Positions 56,917 through 64,000 of a DNA stretch of 64,000 nucleotides are shown piece by piece. Both the position numbers and the translations under genes were made by a program. The stretch's first letter is position 1. Each line of letters opens with the position of its first letter. The stretch is from Eubacteriales bacterium (GTDB taxonomy: Bacteria > Bacillota > Clostridia > Oscillospirales > UBA644), in contig JAZTWH010000011.1 of NCBI GenBank assembly GCA_045635765.1, forward strand, positions 4,411-68,410. Reading direction: 5' to 3'. The notes under the pieces are model-generated. The model did not search any database and was not told the origin of the DNA. It was given only the letters and a program-made list of their open reading frames with translations.

Positions 56917-57939
56917 ATGGCAAGAGTAATTACCTTCGGCGAAATCATGCTTCGCCTTGCCCCCGACGGATACTACCGTTTCTTTCAAAATGACGTAATG
57001 CAGGCAACCTTTGGCGGCGGAGAGGCAAACGTGGCCGTTTCCCTGGCCAATTACGGAATGGACAGGGTTTACGTGACCAAATTACCCAAGCACGCCATCG
57101 GTCAGGCGGCGGTCAACTCCCTGCGGTATTTCGGGGTGGACACCTCGAAGATCGTCCGGGGCGGGGACCGCGTGGGAATTTATTTCCTGGAAAAGGGTGC
57201 CTCTCAGCGGGGCTCCGTTTGTATTTACGACAGGGCCCACTCCTCCATCGCAGAAGCCCGGTGCGGGGATTTCGATTGGGATGCAATCTTCGACGGTGCC
57301 GATTGGTTCCACTTTACGGGGATCACTCCGGCCCTGGGACAGAACGTTGCCGATCTTTGCCTGGAAGCCTGCAAGGCCGCAAAGGCAAAGGGCGTGAAGA
57401 TCTCCTGTGACCTGAACTACCGGGGCAAGCTCTGGACCAGAGACCGGGCAAGAGCCACTATGACCGAGCTGTGCAAATACGTGGACGTCTGCATCTCCAA
57501 CGAAGAGGACGCAAAGGACGTCTTTGGCATTGAAGCAGAGGGTACGGATATTTACGGCGGCAAGCTGAACCACGAAGGATACAAATCCGTGGCAAAGCAG
57601 TTGGCCGAGAAGTTCGGATTCGAAAAGGTCGCCATTACGCTGCGTTCTTCCATTTCTGCCAGCGACAACGACTGGGCCGCAATGTTGTACGACGGAGAAA
57701 ATTATTGCTTCTCCAAGACCTACCACCTGCACATCGTGGACCGGGTGGGGGGCGGCGACTCCTTCGGCGGCGGTTTGATTTACTCCATTCTGTCCGGCAA
57801 GGACACCCGGCAGGCCATTGAATTTGCCGTAGCGGCCTCGGCCCTCAAGCACTCCGTGGAGGGGGACTACAACCGGGTCGGCGTTTCGGAAGTGGAAAAA
57901 CTGGCCGGCGGCGACGGAAGCGGCCGGGTCCAGAGATAA
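56917..57939 (+). CDS. kdgK: 2-dehydro-3-deoxygluconokinase (PfkB family)
   Basis: VITFGEIMLRL..., GGGEANVAVSLA, and DRVGGGDSFGGGLIY (PfkB signature). Confidence 0.9.
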   Translation: MARVITFGEIMLRLAPDGYYRFFQNDVMQATFGGGEANVAVSLANYGMDRVYVTKLPKHAIGQAAVNSLRYFGVDTSKIVRGGDRVGIYFLEKGASQRGSVCIYDRAHSSIAEARCGDFDWDAIFDGADWFHFTGITPALGQNVADLCLEACKAAKAKGVKISCDLNYRGKLWTRDRARATMTELCKYVDVCISNEEDAKDVFGIEAEGTDIYGGKLNHEGYKSVAKQLAEKFGFEKVAITLRSSISASDNDWAAMLYDGENYCFSKTYHLHIVDRVGGGDSFGGGLIYSILSGKDTRQAIEFAVAASALKHSVEGDYNRVGVSEVEKLAGGDGSGRVQR

Positions 57940-58070
57940 AATCAAGCAACTTAATGCCGGGGGCTTACGAAAAGGTGTGCCCTCGGTTTTTTCTTTGTAT
58001 CTTATCCGAAGGAAAAAGAATTGCAATTATTTTTAAATGTAAAAAAAATGTGAACAGTGGAAAAAATCCC

Positions 58071-58099
58071 TTGACAAATCATGGAAACAAGAGTATAAT
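58071..58099 (+). promoter_or_regulatory. perfect sigma-A promoter TTGACA-N17-TATAAT for feoAB
   Basis: TTGACA 58071-58076 and TATAAT 58094-58099. The inverted repeat GGTTAG-N6-CTAACT lies at 58107-58124, just downstream. Confidence 0.75.
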
Positions 58100-58151
58100 A
58101 ACAAATGGTTAGTTTATGCTAACTCCAAAAAACACAAGCAAGGTGACGGGT

Positions 58152-58364
58152 ATGACGTTAATGGAAGCCAAAGAAGGAACCGAATATATCATCCGTGCCA
58201 TTGAGACCGGCGATGAGGAATTGAATTCCTTCCTGTTTTCCCTCGGTTGCTACAGCGGGGAGCCTATTACGGTAATTTCCCACCGAAAGGGCGGTTGCGT
58301 GGTTTCCATCAAAGACGGCCGTTACAACATCGACCGTCCGTTGGCGGAAGCGATTTTAATTTAA
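58152..58364 (+). CDS. feoA: FeoA-family protein
   Basis: MTLMEAKEGTEYIIRAIETGDEELNSFLFSLGCYSGEPITV SH3-like FeoA pattern. Confidence 0.85.
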   Translation: MTLMEAKEGTEYIIRAIETGDEELNSFLFSLGCYSGEPITVISHRKGGCVVSIKDGRYNIDRPLAEAILI

Positions 58365-58481
58365 AAAAGAAAAAGGCAACGGACGATTTTTTTTCACCGC
58401 AAGTTAGCGAAGGGTAACTCTCAGAAAAACCCTTCCCCATTCCATAGAAAAGCATCCCATCAATCATCAGGAGGAACAGAC

Positions 58482-60554
58482 ATGAGAATTGCTTTGACTG
58501 GCAATCCCAACAGCGGGAAGACCACCATGTTCAACGCCCTGACCGGCCAAAATGAAAAGGTCGGCAACTGGGCCGGGGTCACCGTTGAAAAAAAGGAGCA
58601 TCCCATTAAAAAATCCTATTGGGCAGATTTGGGAGAAGATCTTGCGAAGGATCTTGAACGTTTTCAAAAAGGTTCCGGCGAGCCCCTCACGGCCGTGGAC
58701 CTTCCCGGGGCCTATTCCATGTCCCCCTTTACGTCGGAGGAGAGCATTACCAGTGCTTACGTGAAAAATGAAAATCCCGACGTCATCATCAACATCGTAG
58801 ACGCCACCAATCTGAGCCGCAGTTTGTTTTTCACCACGCAGCTTTTGGAATTGGGGATTCCCGTTGTGGTGGCGTTGAACAAAACCGACGTCAACAGGAA
58901 GAAGAAAACGGTCATTGACGCCGAGGTTCTTTCCGCGGAATTGGGCTGTCCCGTAATTCATACCACCTCCATCACCGCCGACGGCATGAAAGAGGTAGTG
59001 GCCGCCGCCGTTGCTCGGGCAGGGAGGGGGCAGAAGGCTCCCTATCTTCAGGGGGATGTGGACCTGGCCGATAAAAAGGCCGTGGAGCAGGCAGACCGGG
59101 AACGGTTTCGCTTCGTCAACGGGATTGTCAAATTGGTGGAAACCCGAAAGGTTCTCAGCCGCCAAAAAAATGCTCAAGACCGGGTCGACGAGATTTTGAC
59201 CAACAAATGGGTGGGGATTCCCATCTTTGCCGTGGTCATGTTTTTAGTCTTTTTTATTTCCCAAGCCACCCTGGGGATTTGGATCGCCGACTTGTTCGTC
59301 GGTTGGCTCAATCTGTTCCAGGAATGGGTCCGGGGGCTGTTTTCCAACACTCCGCAGATCCTTCAGTCTTTGCTGGTGGACGGGATGATCGGCGGTGCCA
59401 TTGCCGTTATTGGATTTTTACCCTTGGTCATGGTCATGTATTTTTTGATCGCCCTTTTGGAGGATTGCGGGTACATGGCACGAGCCACCGTCGTTCTGGA
59501 CCCCATCTTTAAAAAGGTGGGTCTTTCGGGGAAATCGGTGATTCCCTTCGTCATCGGGACGGGATGTGCCATCCCCGGGGTCATGGCTTGCCGGACCATC
59601 CGCAACGAACGGGAACGGCGGGCCACCGCCATGCTGGCTCCCTTCATGCCCTGCGGGGCCAAATTGCCCGTCATTGCCCTCTTTTCCGGGGCCTTCTTCG
59701 GGAATTCCCCCTGGGTGGGGCCGTTAATGTACTTCGCCGGAATCGTGATTATTTTTATCGGGGCTCTTTTAATCAATAAAATTACCGGGAACAGCGGCAA
59801 AAAGTCTTATTTCATCATGGAATTGCCCGAATATAAGGTTCCCTCCTTCGGGCGGGCCTGCAAGTCCATGTGCTCCCGGGGCTGGGCCTACGTGGTCAAG
59901 GCCGGAACGGTGATTCTTCTGTGCAATACCGCCGTTCAGGTCATGCAGACCTTCAACTGGTCCTTCCAAGTGGCCGAAAGGGCCGATTCTTCCATTTTGG
60001 CGTCTGTTGCGGGACCCATCGCTTACCTGCTGGTCCCCATTTGCGGGGTTTTATCCTGGCAGTTGGCCGCCGCCTCCGTCACTGGCTTGATCGCAAAAGA
60101 AAACGTGGTCGGGACCTTGGCCGTCTGCTTCGTGGGCCTGGAACATCTCATCGATACCGAAGAACTGTCTCTGCTCGAAGGCTCCGGGGAGAGCGTTGCC
60201 GGAATCCTGGCCATTACCCGGGTCGCCGCCTTGGCGTATATGATGTTTAATCTGTTTTCTCCCCCCTGCTTCGCTGCCATCGGTGCCATGAATTCGGAAA
60301 TGAAAAGTGCAAAATGGCTGTGGGGTGCCGTGGGCTTCCAGTTAGGAATCGGGTACTCCGTTGCCTATTTGGTCTATACCGTCGGCACGTTGATTACCGA
60401 TCCCTCCGCCCTGGCGATAGGGCCTGCCCTCGGCGGATTGGCTGCCTTGTTGGTCTTCGCGTTCATCCTTGTGATTCTTTCGGTCCGGGCCGACAAGCAG
60501 GTAAAAAAAGAAAAGGCCTCCCGGTCCTTGCAATCTCCCAAGACCTCCGGTTAA
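58482..60554 (+). CDS. feoB: ferrous iron transporter FeoB
   Basis: G-domain IALTGNPNSGKTTMFNALTG, DLPGAYS and NKTD motifs. Polytopic C-terminal gate domain. Confidence 0.95.
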   Translation: MRIALTGNPNSGKTTMFNALTGQNEKVGNWAGVTVEKKEHPIKKSYWADLGEDLAKDLERFQKGSGEPLTAVDLPGAYSMSPFTSEESITSAYVKNENPDVIINIVDATNLSRSLFFTTQLLELGIPVVVALNKTDVNRKKKTVIDAEVLSAELGCPVIHTTSITADGMKEVVAAAVARAGRGQKAPYLQGDVDLADKKAVEQADRERFRFVNGIVKLVETRKVLSRQKNAQDRVDEILTNKWVGIPIFAVVMFLVFFISQATLGIWIADLFVGWLNLFQEWVRGLFSNTPQILQSLLVDGMIGGAIAVIGFLPLVMVMYFLIALLEDCGYMARATVVLDPIFKKVGLSGKSVIPFVIGTGCAIPGVMACRTIRNERERRATAMLAPFMPCGAKLPVIALFSGAFFGNSPWVGPLMYFAGIVIIFIGALLINKITGNSGKKSYFIMELPEYKVPSFGRACKSMCSRGWAYVVKAGTVILLCNTAVQVMQTFNWSFQVAERADSSILASVAGPIAYLLVPICGVLSWQLAAASVTGLIAKENVVGTLAVCFVGLEHLIDTEELSLLEGSGESVAGILAITRVAALAYMMFNLFSPPCFAAIGAMNSEMKSAKWLWGAVGFQLGIGYSVAYLVYTVGTLITDPSALAIGPALGGLAALLVFAFILVILSVRADKQVKKEKASRSLQSPKTSG

Positions 60555-60566
60555 AGGAGGAATTGG

Positions 60567-60932
60567 ATGGAATTTGAAACCTACGCCGCCATCGCACTCA
60601 TCCTCGCCTTGGTAGGGCTCGCCGGATGGTACGTTGTCCGGCAGAAGAAGAAGGGAAGCCGTTGCATCGGATGCCCCGACGGGTGCCGATGCGATAACCC
60701 CGACGGGAGTCAATGCGGATGCTCCGACGAGAGTCGATGCGGTCACCCCGACGGGAGCCGATGCGATAACCCCGACGGGAGCCGATGCGGTCACCCCGAC
60801 GGGAGCCGATGCGGTCACCCCGACGGGAGCCGATGCGATAACCCCGACGGGAGTCAATGCGGTTCTGCCGGGGATTCCTGCTCTGGGAGCTGCTCCCGCT
60901 GCTGCGGGCGTTGTTCCGCGGAACGGATGTAA
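60567..60932 (+). CDS. FeoB-associated Cys-rich membrane protein, expanded by octapeptide repeats
   Basis: N-terminal TM helix (AAIALILALVGLAGWYVV) plus RQKKKG, then a Cys-rich tail, as in the FeoB-associated Cys-rich family. Here the tail contains 7 copies of C(G/D)(H/N)PDGS(R/Q). Confidence 0.75.
   Translation: MEFETYAAIALILALVGLAGWYVVRQKKKGSRCIGCPDGCRCDNPDGSQCGCSDESRCGHPDGSRCDNPDGSRCGHPDGSRCGHPDGSRCDNPDGSQCGSAGDSCSGSCSRCCGRCSAERM
60682..60849 (+). repeat. in-frame 24-bp tandem repeat x 7 inside the Cys-rich gene
   Basis: CGATGCG(A/G)T(A/C)ACCCCGACGGGAG(C/T) repeated, with alternation of the GATAAC and GGTCAC variants. Confidence 0.9.
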
Positions 60933-60942
60933 AATCATAAAA

Positions 60943-61020
60943 AAAGGGAGTTGCATTTGACACCGTGGGGTCAAGCAGGTATCGTTCTGCCTGACTGGGT
61001 GCCGAAGGCAACTCCTTTTT
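60943..61020. terminator. compound bidirectional terminator hairpin
   Basis: AAAAAGGGAGTTGC...GCAACTCCTTTTT, with inner hairpin GTCAAGCAGG...CTGCCTGAC, between convergent genes. Confidence 0.6.
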
Positions 61021-61038
61021 GCGTTTGCAGAGATTCTT

Positions 61039-61926
61039 TTAATCGACCCGTTCATCGCCCCAGAAGAAGAGTGCGACGGTGCCGGGCCCCGAATGGCTTC
61101 CAATGGTGGTCCCGATGTCGTAAATTTCTACGGGGCTCTTCAGGTTGGGGAATCTGGCCTCCACCAGGTCTGCCACCGCCCGGGCGTCCTCGTAGCAGGC
61201 AGAGTGACACATATAGCACTTGCCACTGTAATTCAGACGGTCGTCGGCACATTCCTCCATCCGGGCTACGATTTCGGCGATGACCTTTTTCTTTCCGATA
61301 CATTTTTTCCGGGCAATCAGGTGTCCCGTGTGGTCCACGTTGAGCAAGGGGCAGATGTTCAGAACTCCCCCCACGAAGCCAGAGGCCTTGGAAACTCGGC
61401 CTCCCTTAACGAAGAAGGTCAGGTCTGTTGCGAAAAACCAATGGTGAAGCTTTAATTTATGGTCCTCCGCCCAGACCTTCAGCTCATCCATGGTGTATCC
61501 CTCATCCCGCAGATCGGCCAATTTGTCCATGAAAAGACCGAAGCCGGAGGATGCCGCCAAAGAGTCGACGATCTCAATGCGGCGGCCGGGGAATTTTTCG
61601 AGAGCCATCTCCGCCCCGATTTTTGCGGATTGCACCGAGCCGGAAAGGCCCGAGGACAGGGATACGTGGAAGACGTCTTTCCCTTGCTCCAGGAATTTGG
61701 TAAAATACGCCAAGTATTCCGTGGCGTTGATCTGAGAGGTCTTGGTTTCGGCCCCCTGCTCCATGGCCCGGTAAAACTCGGGGAAGGACAAGGTTTGGCC
61801 CAAATCGTCGGGGTATTGTTTTCCGTCCAGGAAATAATGAAAGCAGATGTATTGGATCTTACGGTCTTCGAAGTGTTCTTTGGTCAGATCTGCCGTGGAA
61901 CAGCAACTCAAAACGTATTCGCTCAT
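61039..61926 (-). CDS. DegV-family fatty-acid-binding protein
   Basis: MSEYVLSCCSTADL..., SLSSGLSGS and GPGTVALFF motifs. Start at 61926 after GAGGAG; the upstream ORF extension lacks support. Confidence 0.85.
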   Translation of the reverse strand: MSEYVLSCCSTADLTKEHFEDRKIQYICFHYFLDGKQYPDDLGQTLSFPEFYRAMEQGAETKTSQINATEYLAYFTKFLEQGKDVFHVSLSSGLSGSVQSAKIGAEMALEKFPGRRIEIVDSLAASSGFGLFMDKLADLRDEGYTMDELKVWAEDHKLKLHHWFFATDLTFFVKGGRVSKASGFVGGVLNICPLLNVDHTGHLIARKKCIGKKKVIAEIVARMEECADDRLNYSGKCYMCHSACYEDARAVADLVEARFPNLKSPVEIYDIGTTIGSHSGPGTVALFFWGDERVD

Positions 61927-62076
61927 AATCAGTCTCCTCAGGTTTCTTTTTTTGCATACACCATATTTTACCCCGTTTTTTTGAAAAAAGCAACCTACCC
62001 GTGAGGTTTTTCTTTCTACCGTTGCGTTTTGAAGGGGTAGAGTCGAAAAAAAAGAGTTCTCCCTGGAGTAGAGTCC

Positions 62077-62105
62077 TTGACAGACGCGGGTTTTTGTGAT
62101 ATAAT
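62077..62105 (+). promoter_or_regulatory. perfect sigma-A promoter TTGACA-N17-TATAAT
   Basis: TTGACA 62077-62082 and TATAAT 62100-62105. This gives a leader of about 175 nt before the XRE gene. Confidence 0.7.
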
Positions 62106-62230
62106 AAAGAAAAAGTTCCCATTTAATTCTGAAATTTCCGTCGTTTTTGGGGTTTATCCTTGAAAAAATGCTTTGCATTTTTTCTTCTAAAAATATTTAT
62201 TTTCTTTCGGTGGAGTCGGCAAAACCGTAG

Positions 62231-62249
62231 ATTCTACCGTCGGTAGAAT
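62231..62249 (+). promoter_or_regulatory. perfect 8-bp inverted repeat ATTCTACC-GTC-GGTAGAAT (candidate operator)
   Basis: Read directly from the sequence. It lies about 38 nt upstream of the XRE regulator start. A GGTAGAA half-site also occurs upstream of degV (about 62018-62024, minus strand). Confidence 0.45.
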
Positions 62250-62286
62250 GAGATTACAGAGAATTTTCGGAGAAGGAGAAAGAAGA

Positions 62287-62874
62287 ATGGAAGATTTAAA
62301 GCCCATTGTTGCGTCGAATTTATCCGCCTTGCGGAAAAAGAAGGGCTGGACTCAGTTGGAGCTTGCGGAGCACTTGAATTATTCCGACAAGGCCGTTTCC
62401 AAGTGGGAACGGGGGGAATCCTTGCCCGATATTACCATATTAAAGCAACTCGCCGATCTGTTTGAGGTGACGGTGGATTATATGCTGGTCCGGGACCACG
62501 AGCCCGCCGTGGTTCCCATCTCGAAACGAAAACGCCGCAACCGGGCCATGATCACGGGAATTTCGGCAGTGACGGTGTGGCTCATCGCCACTATCGCGTT
62601 TTTCTCCCTGGGATTCGTGGAAGCGGTCACGTCCTGGTCCTGGCTGATTTTTTTGGGTGCCATTCCCGTGTGTTGCATTGTATTGCTGGTGTTCAGTGCC
62701 CTCTGGTGGGGGAAGCGATGGCTGTTTACCACCGTTTCGGTGTTGATCTGGTCCTTGTTGGTGTGTGCCTTCTTTACCGTGTATTGTGCCGCACATTTGA
62801 ATATTTGGCTGATTTTCGTCATCGGAATTCCGGCACAGGTCATCGTCTTTTTGTGGGCGGGAATGAAGAGTTGA
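62287..62874 (+). CDS. XRE-family HTH regulator fused to a 4-TM membrane domain
   Basis: LRKKKGWTQLELAEHLNYSDKAVSKWERGESLPDITILKQLADLFEVTVDYML (Cro/C1 HTH), followed by four hydrophobic helices. Start at MEDLK after GGAGAAGGAG. Confidence 0.85.
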   Translation: MEDLKPIVASNLSALRKKKGWTQLELAEHLNYSDKAVSKWERGESLPDITILKQLADLFEVTVDYMLVRDHEPAVVPISKRKRRNRAMITGISAVTVWLIATIAFFSLGFVEAVTSWSWLIFLGAIPVCCIVLLVFSALWWGKRWLFTTVSVLIWSLLVCAFFTVYCAAHLNIWLIFVIGIPAQVIVFLWAGMKS

Positions 62875-62943
62875 CCGGTCCCTGAGACGGGATGTAAATT
62901 TGAAGGACGAAATGGACATAATAAAACAAAAAAGAGGTGCATT

Positions 62944-63144
62944 ATGGCTGTACGGCTCAATGAAGATCAAAAAATCGTTTCCCAAATCAAAGAAGGACTA
63001 AAGACAAAGGGGGGATATTGCCCCTGTCGGCTGGAGCGAACGGAAGAAAACAAATGTATGTGCAAGGAATTCCGGGATCAGATTGCCGACCCCGAATTTG
63101 AGGGCTACTGCCACTGCCTGTTGTATTACAAATCCAAGGATTGA
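62944..63144 (+). CDS. ferredoxin-thioredoxin reductase catalytic-subunit-like small protein
   Basis: 66 aa with CPC...C.C...CHC cysteine pattern (GGYCPCRLERTEENKCMCKEF...EGYCHCLLY), as in the FTR catalytic domain. Confidence 0.7.
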   Translation: MAVRLNEDQKIVSQIKEGLKTKGGYCPCRLERTEENKCMCKEFRDQIADPEFEGYCHCLLYYKSKD

Positions 63145-63157
63145 GAGGAGATTAAAA

Positions 63158-63463
63158 ATGGTAGAAGTTATTACGAAAGAAAATTACGATGAATTGGTTG
63201 CGAAGAGCACGGCCCCCGTATTGCTGGATTTTTGGGCTGTCTGGTGCGGTCCTTGCCGCATGATGGCTCCCACGGTGGATCAGATCGCCGAAGAAAATCC
63301 GGACATCGTGGTGGGAAAGGTCAACGTGGACGAGGATCCGGAATTGGCCAGACAGTTTGGAATTGCTTCCATTCCCACCCTGGTCGCCCTCAAAAACGGT
63401 GCGGTCATCGGACAGACTGTCGGCGTTCAACCCAAAGAAAAGGTGTTGGACCTCCTTCGGTAA
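63158..63463 (+). CDS. trxA: thioredoxin
   Basis: WAVWCGPCRM active site, 101 aa, start after GAGAGGAG. Confidence 0.95.
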   Translation: MVEVITKENYDELVAKSTAPVLLDFWAVWCGPCRMMAPTVDQIAEENPDIVVGKVNVDEDPELARQFGIASIPTLVALKNGAVIGQTVGVQPKEKVLDLLR

Positions 63464-63478
63464 AGTGCTCCATGAATT

Positions 63479-63510
63479 AAGGTGCCTGCCTCGGTGCAGG
63501 CACCTTTTTT
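63479..63510 (+). terminator. intrinsic terminator after trxA
   Basis: AAGGTGCCTGC-CTCG-GTGCAGGCACCTT followed by TTTT. Confidence 0.85.
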
Positions 63511-63682
63511 AACGTGTCTCTTTCCCGGTTCCCTGTATGGAATCTTCGTTGCCGGGGAAAAGATTAAAATTTTCTTAAAATTGGTACTTTTTTGTGAAGG
63601 CCCTTGTCTTGAACGATTTTTTGGTTTATAATGAAAAAAAGAACACTTTTACACAACAAACGGTCAAAGGAGGGCACCTTGG

Positions 63683-63979
63683 ATGAAATTTTTAGAGGCC
63701 ATGAGCAAGCTGAAAGCATTTTTTGATTTATTTAAGAGATCCCGATCCGATTCTCCCTCTGACGGGAATTCCAGCGGGAAGGGCAGAAGGACGGCGTTGA
63801 TCGTTTCTCTGGTTCTTTCGGGGATTGTCATCTTGGTGGGGGCGGCCCTCTTGATCCGAAAGCTTAAGCAACGCCGATTGGAAAAGGAAGCCAAGGAAGC
63901 GTTGGACTCGTACTATTCCACCGATTTCGACGCAGACGAATACCCCGAGGACGACGAAGAAGACAACTCCATTTCATAA
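63683..63979 (+). CDS. small single-pass membrane protein with acidic C-terminus, function unknown
   Basis: RBS AAAGGAGGG is present. One TM helix (ALIVSLVLSGIVILVGAALLI) and an acidic tail DADEYPEDDEEDN. Confidence 0.5.
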   Translation: MKFLEAMSKLKAFFDLFKRSRSDSPSDGNSSGKGRRTALIVSLVLSGIVILVGAALLIRKLKQRRLEKEAKEALDSYYSTDFDADEYPEDDEEDNSIS

Positions 63980-64000
63980 AAGCCTTGATTTTTTAAGGAT

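Noticed and set aside
63683-63979. Mobile element, prophage or defence-island content anywhere in the window.
   Set aside because: No integrase, transposase, recombinase, restriction-modification, toxin-antitoxin or phage structural signatures were seen in any frame. The gene order is largely conserved housekeeping synteny.

Overview
GC-rich Firmicutes/Clostridia-type chromosomal segment. The taxon is inferred from gene content: a dockerin-bearing surface protein, CIRCE-groESL, and the block yybS-gdpP-rplI-dnaB-tilS-hpt-ftsH point to an Oscillospiraceae/Ruminococcaceae-like anaerobe. I support about 55 protein genes, one tRNA-Val(GAC), one cobalamin riboswitch, a CIRCE operator, several perfect TTGACA-N17-TATAAT promoters and several intrinsic terminators. 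Left to right the content is: asnA (truncated), an RNA m5U methyltransferase, small hydrolases, a peptidase cluster (M20, M18, M29, M20D), and a B12-riboswitch-controlled DUF4430 lipoprotein plus ECF-S-like membrane protein. Next come a GLUG/dockerin surface protein, a secreted metallophosphoesterase, a small alarmone synthetase, htrA, a GNAT, a VanY-type carboxypeptidase and queG. The conserved ftsH-hpt-tilS-dnaB-rplI-gdpP-yybS block follows, then groESL, a CorC/HlyC transporter, an ABC exporter coupled to a DEDDh exonuclease, mgtE, tRNA-Val, an interrupted pfk and mreB. The right side holds a glucuronide/hexuronate utilisation locus (2 GPH transporters, a GH2 with a GUS-like NxK motif, AraC, uxaC, uxuA, an SDR, eda, a GltD-like oxidoreductase, kdgK), feoAB plus a repeat-expanded Cys-rich protein, degV, an XRE regulator, and an FTR-like protein with trxA. 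No CRISPR array, rRNA, transposase, integrase or recognisable defence system is visible. The most unusual signal is structural: at least nine mutually unrelated minisatellite arrays (units about 20-40 bp, 3-12 copies). Each begins at or across the stop codon of a gene, and where a terminator is visible the array lies between the stop codon and that terminator. Other items worth a second look are a stand-alone consensus promoter plus terminator unit that looks like an orphan sRNA (35965-36214, minus), an in-frame TAA that splits pfk, a motif shared by the long leaders of two Mg2+/divalent-cation transporter genes, and a 24-bp-repeat expansion in the FeoB-associated Cys-rich protein. All coordinates for RNA elements and repeats were read by eye and are approximate (a few nt).
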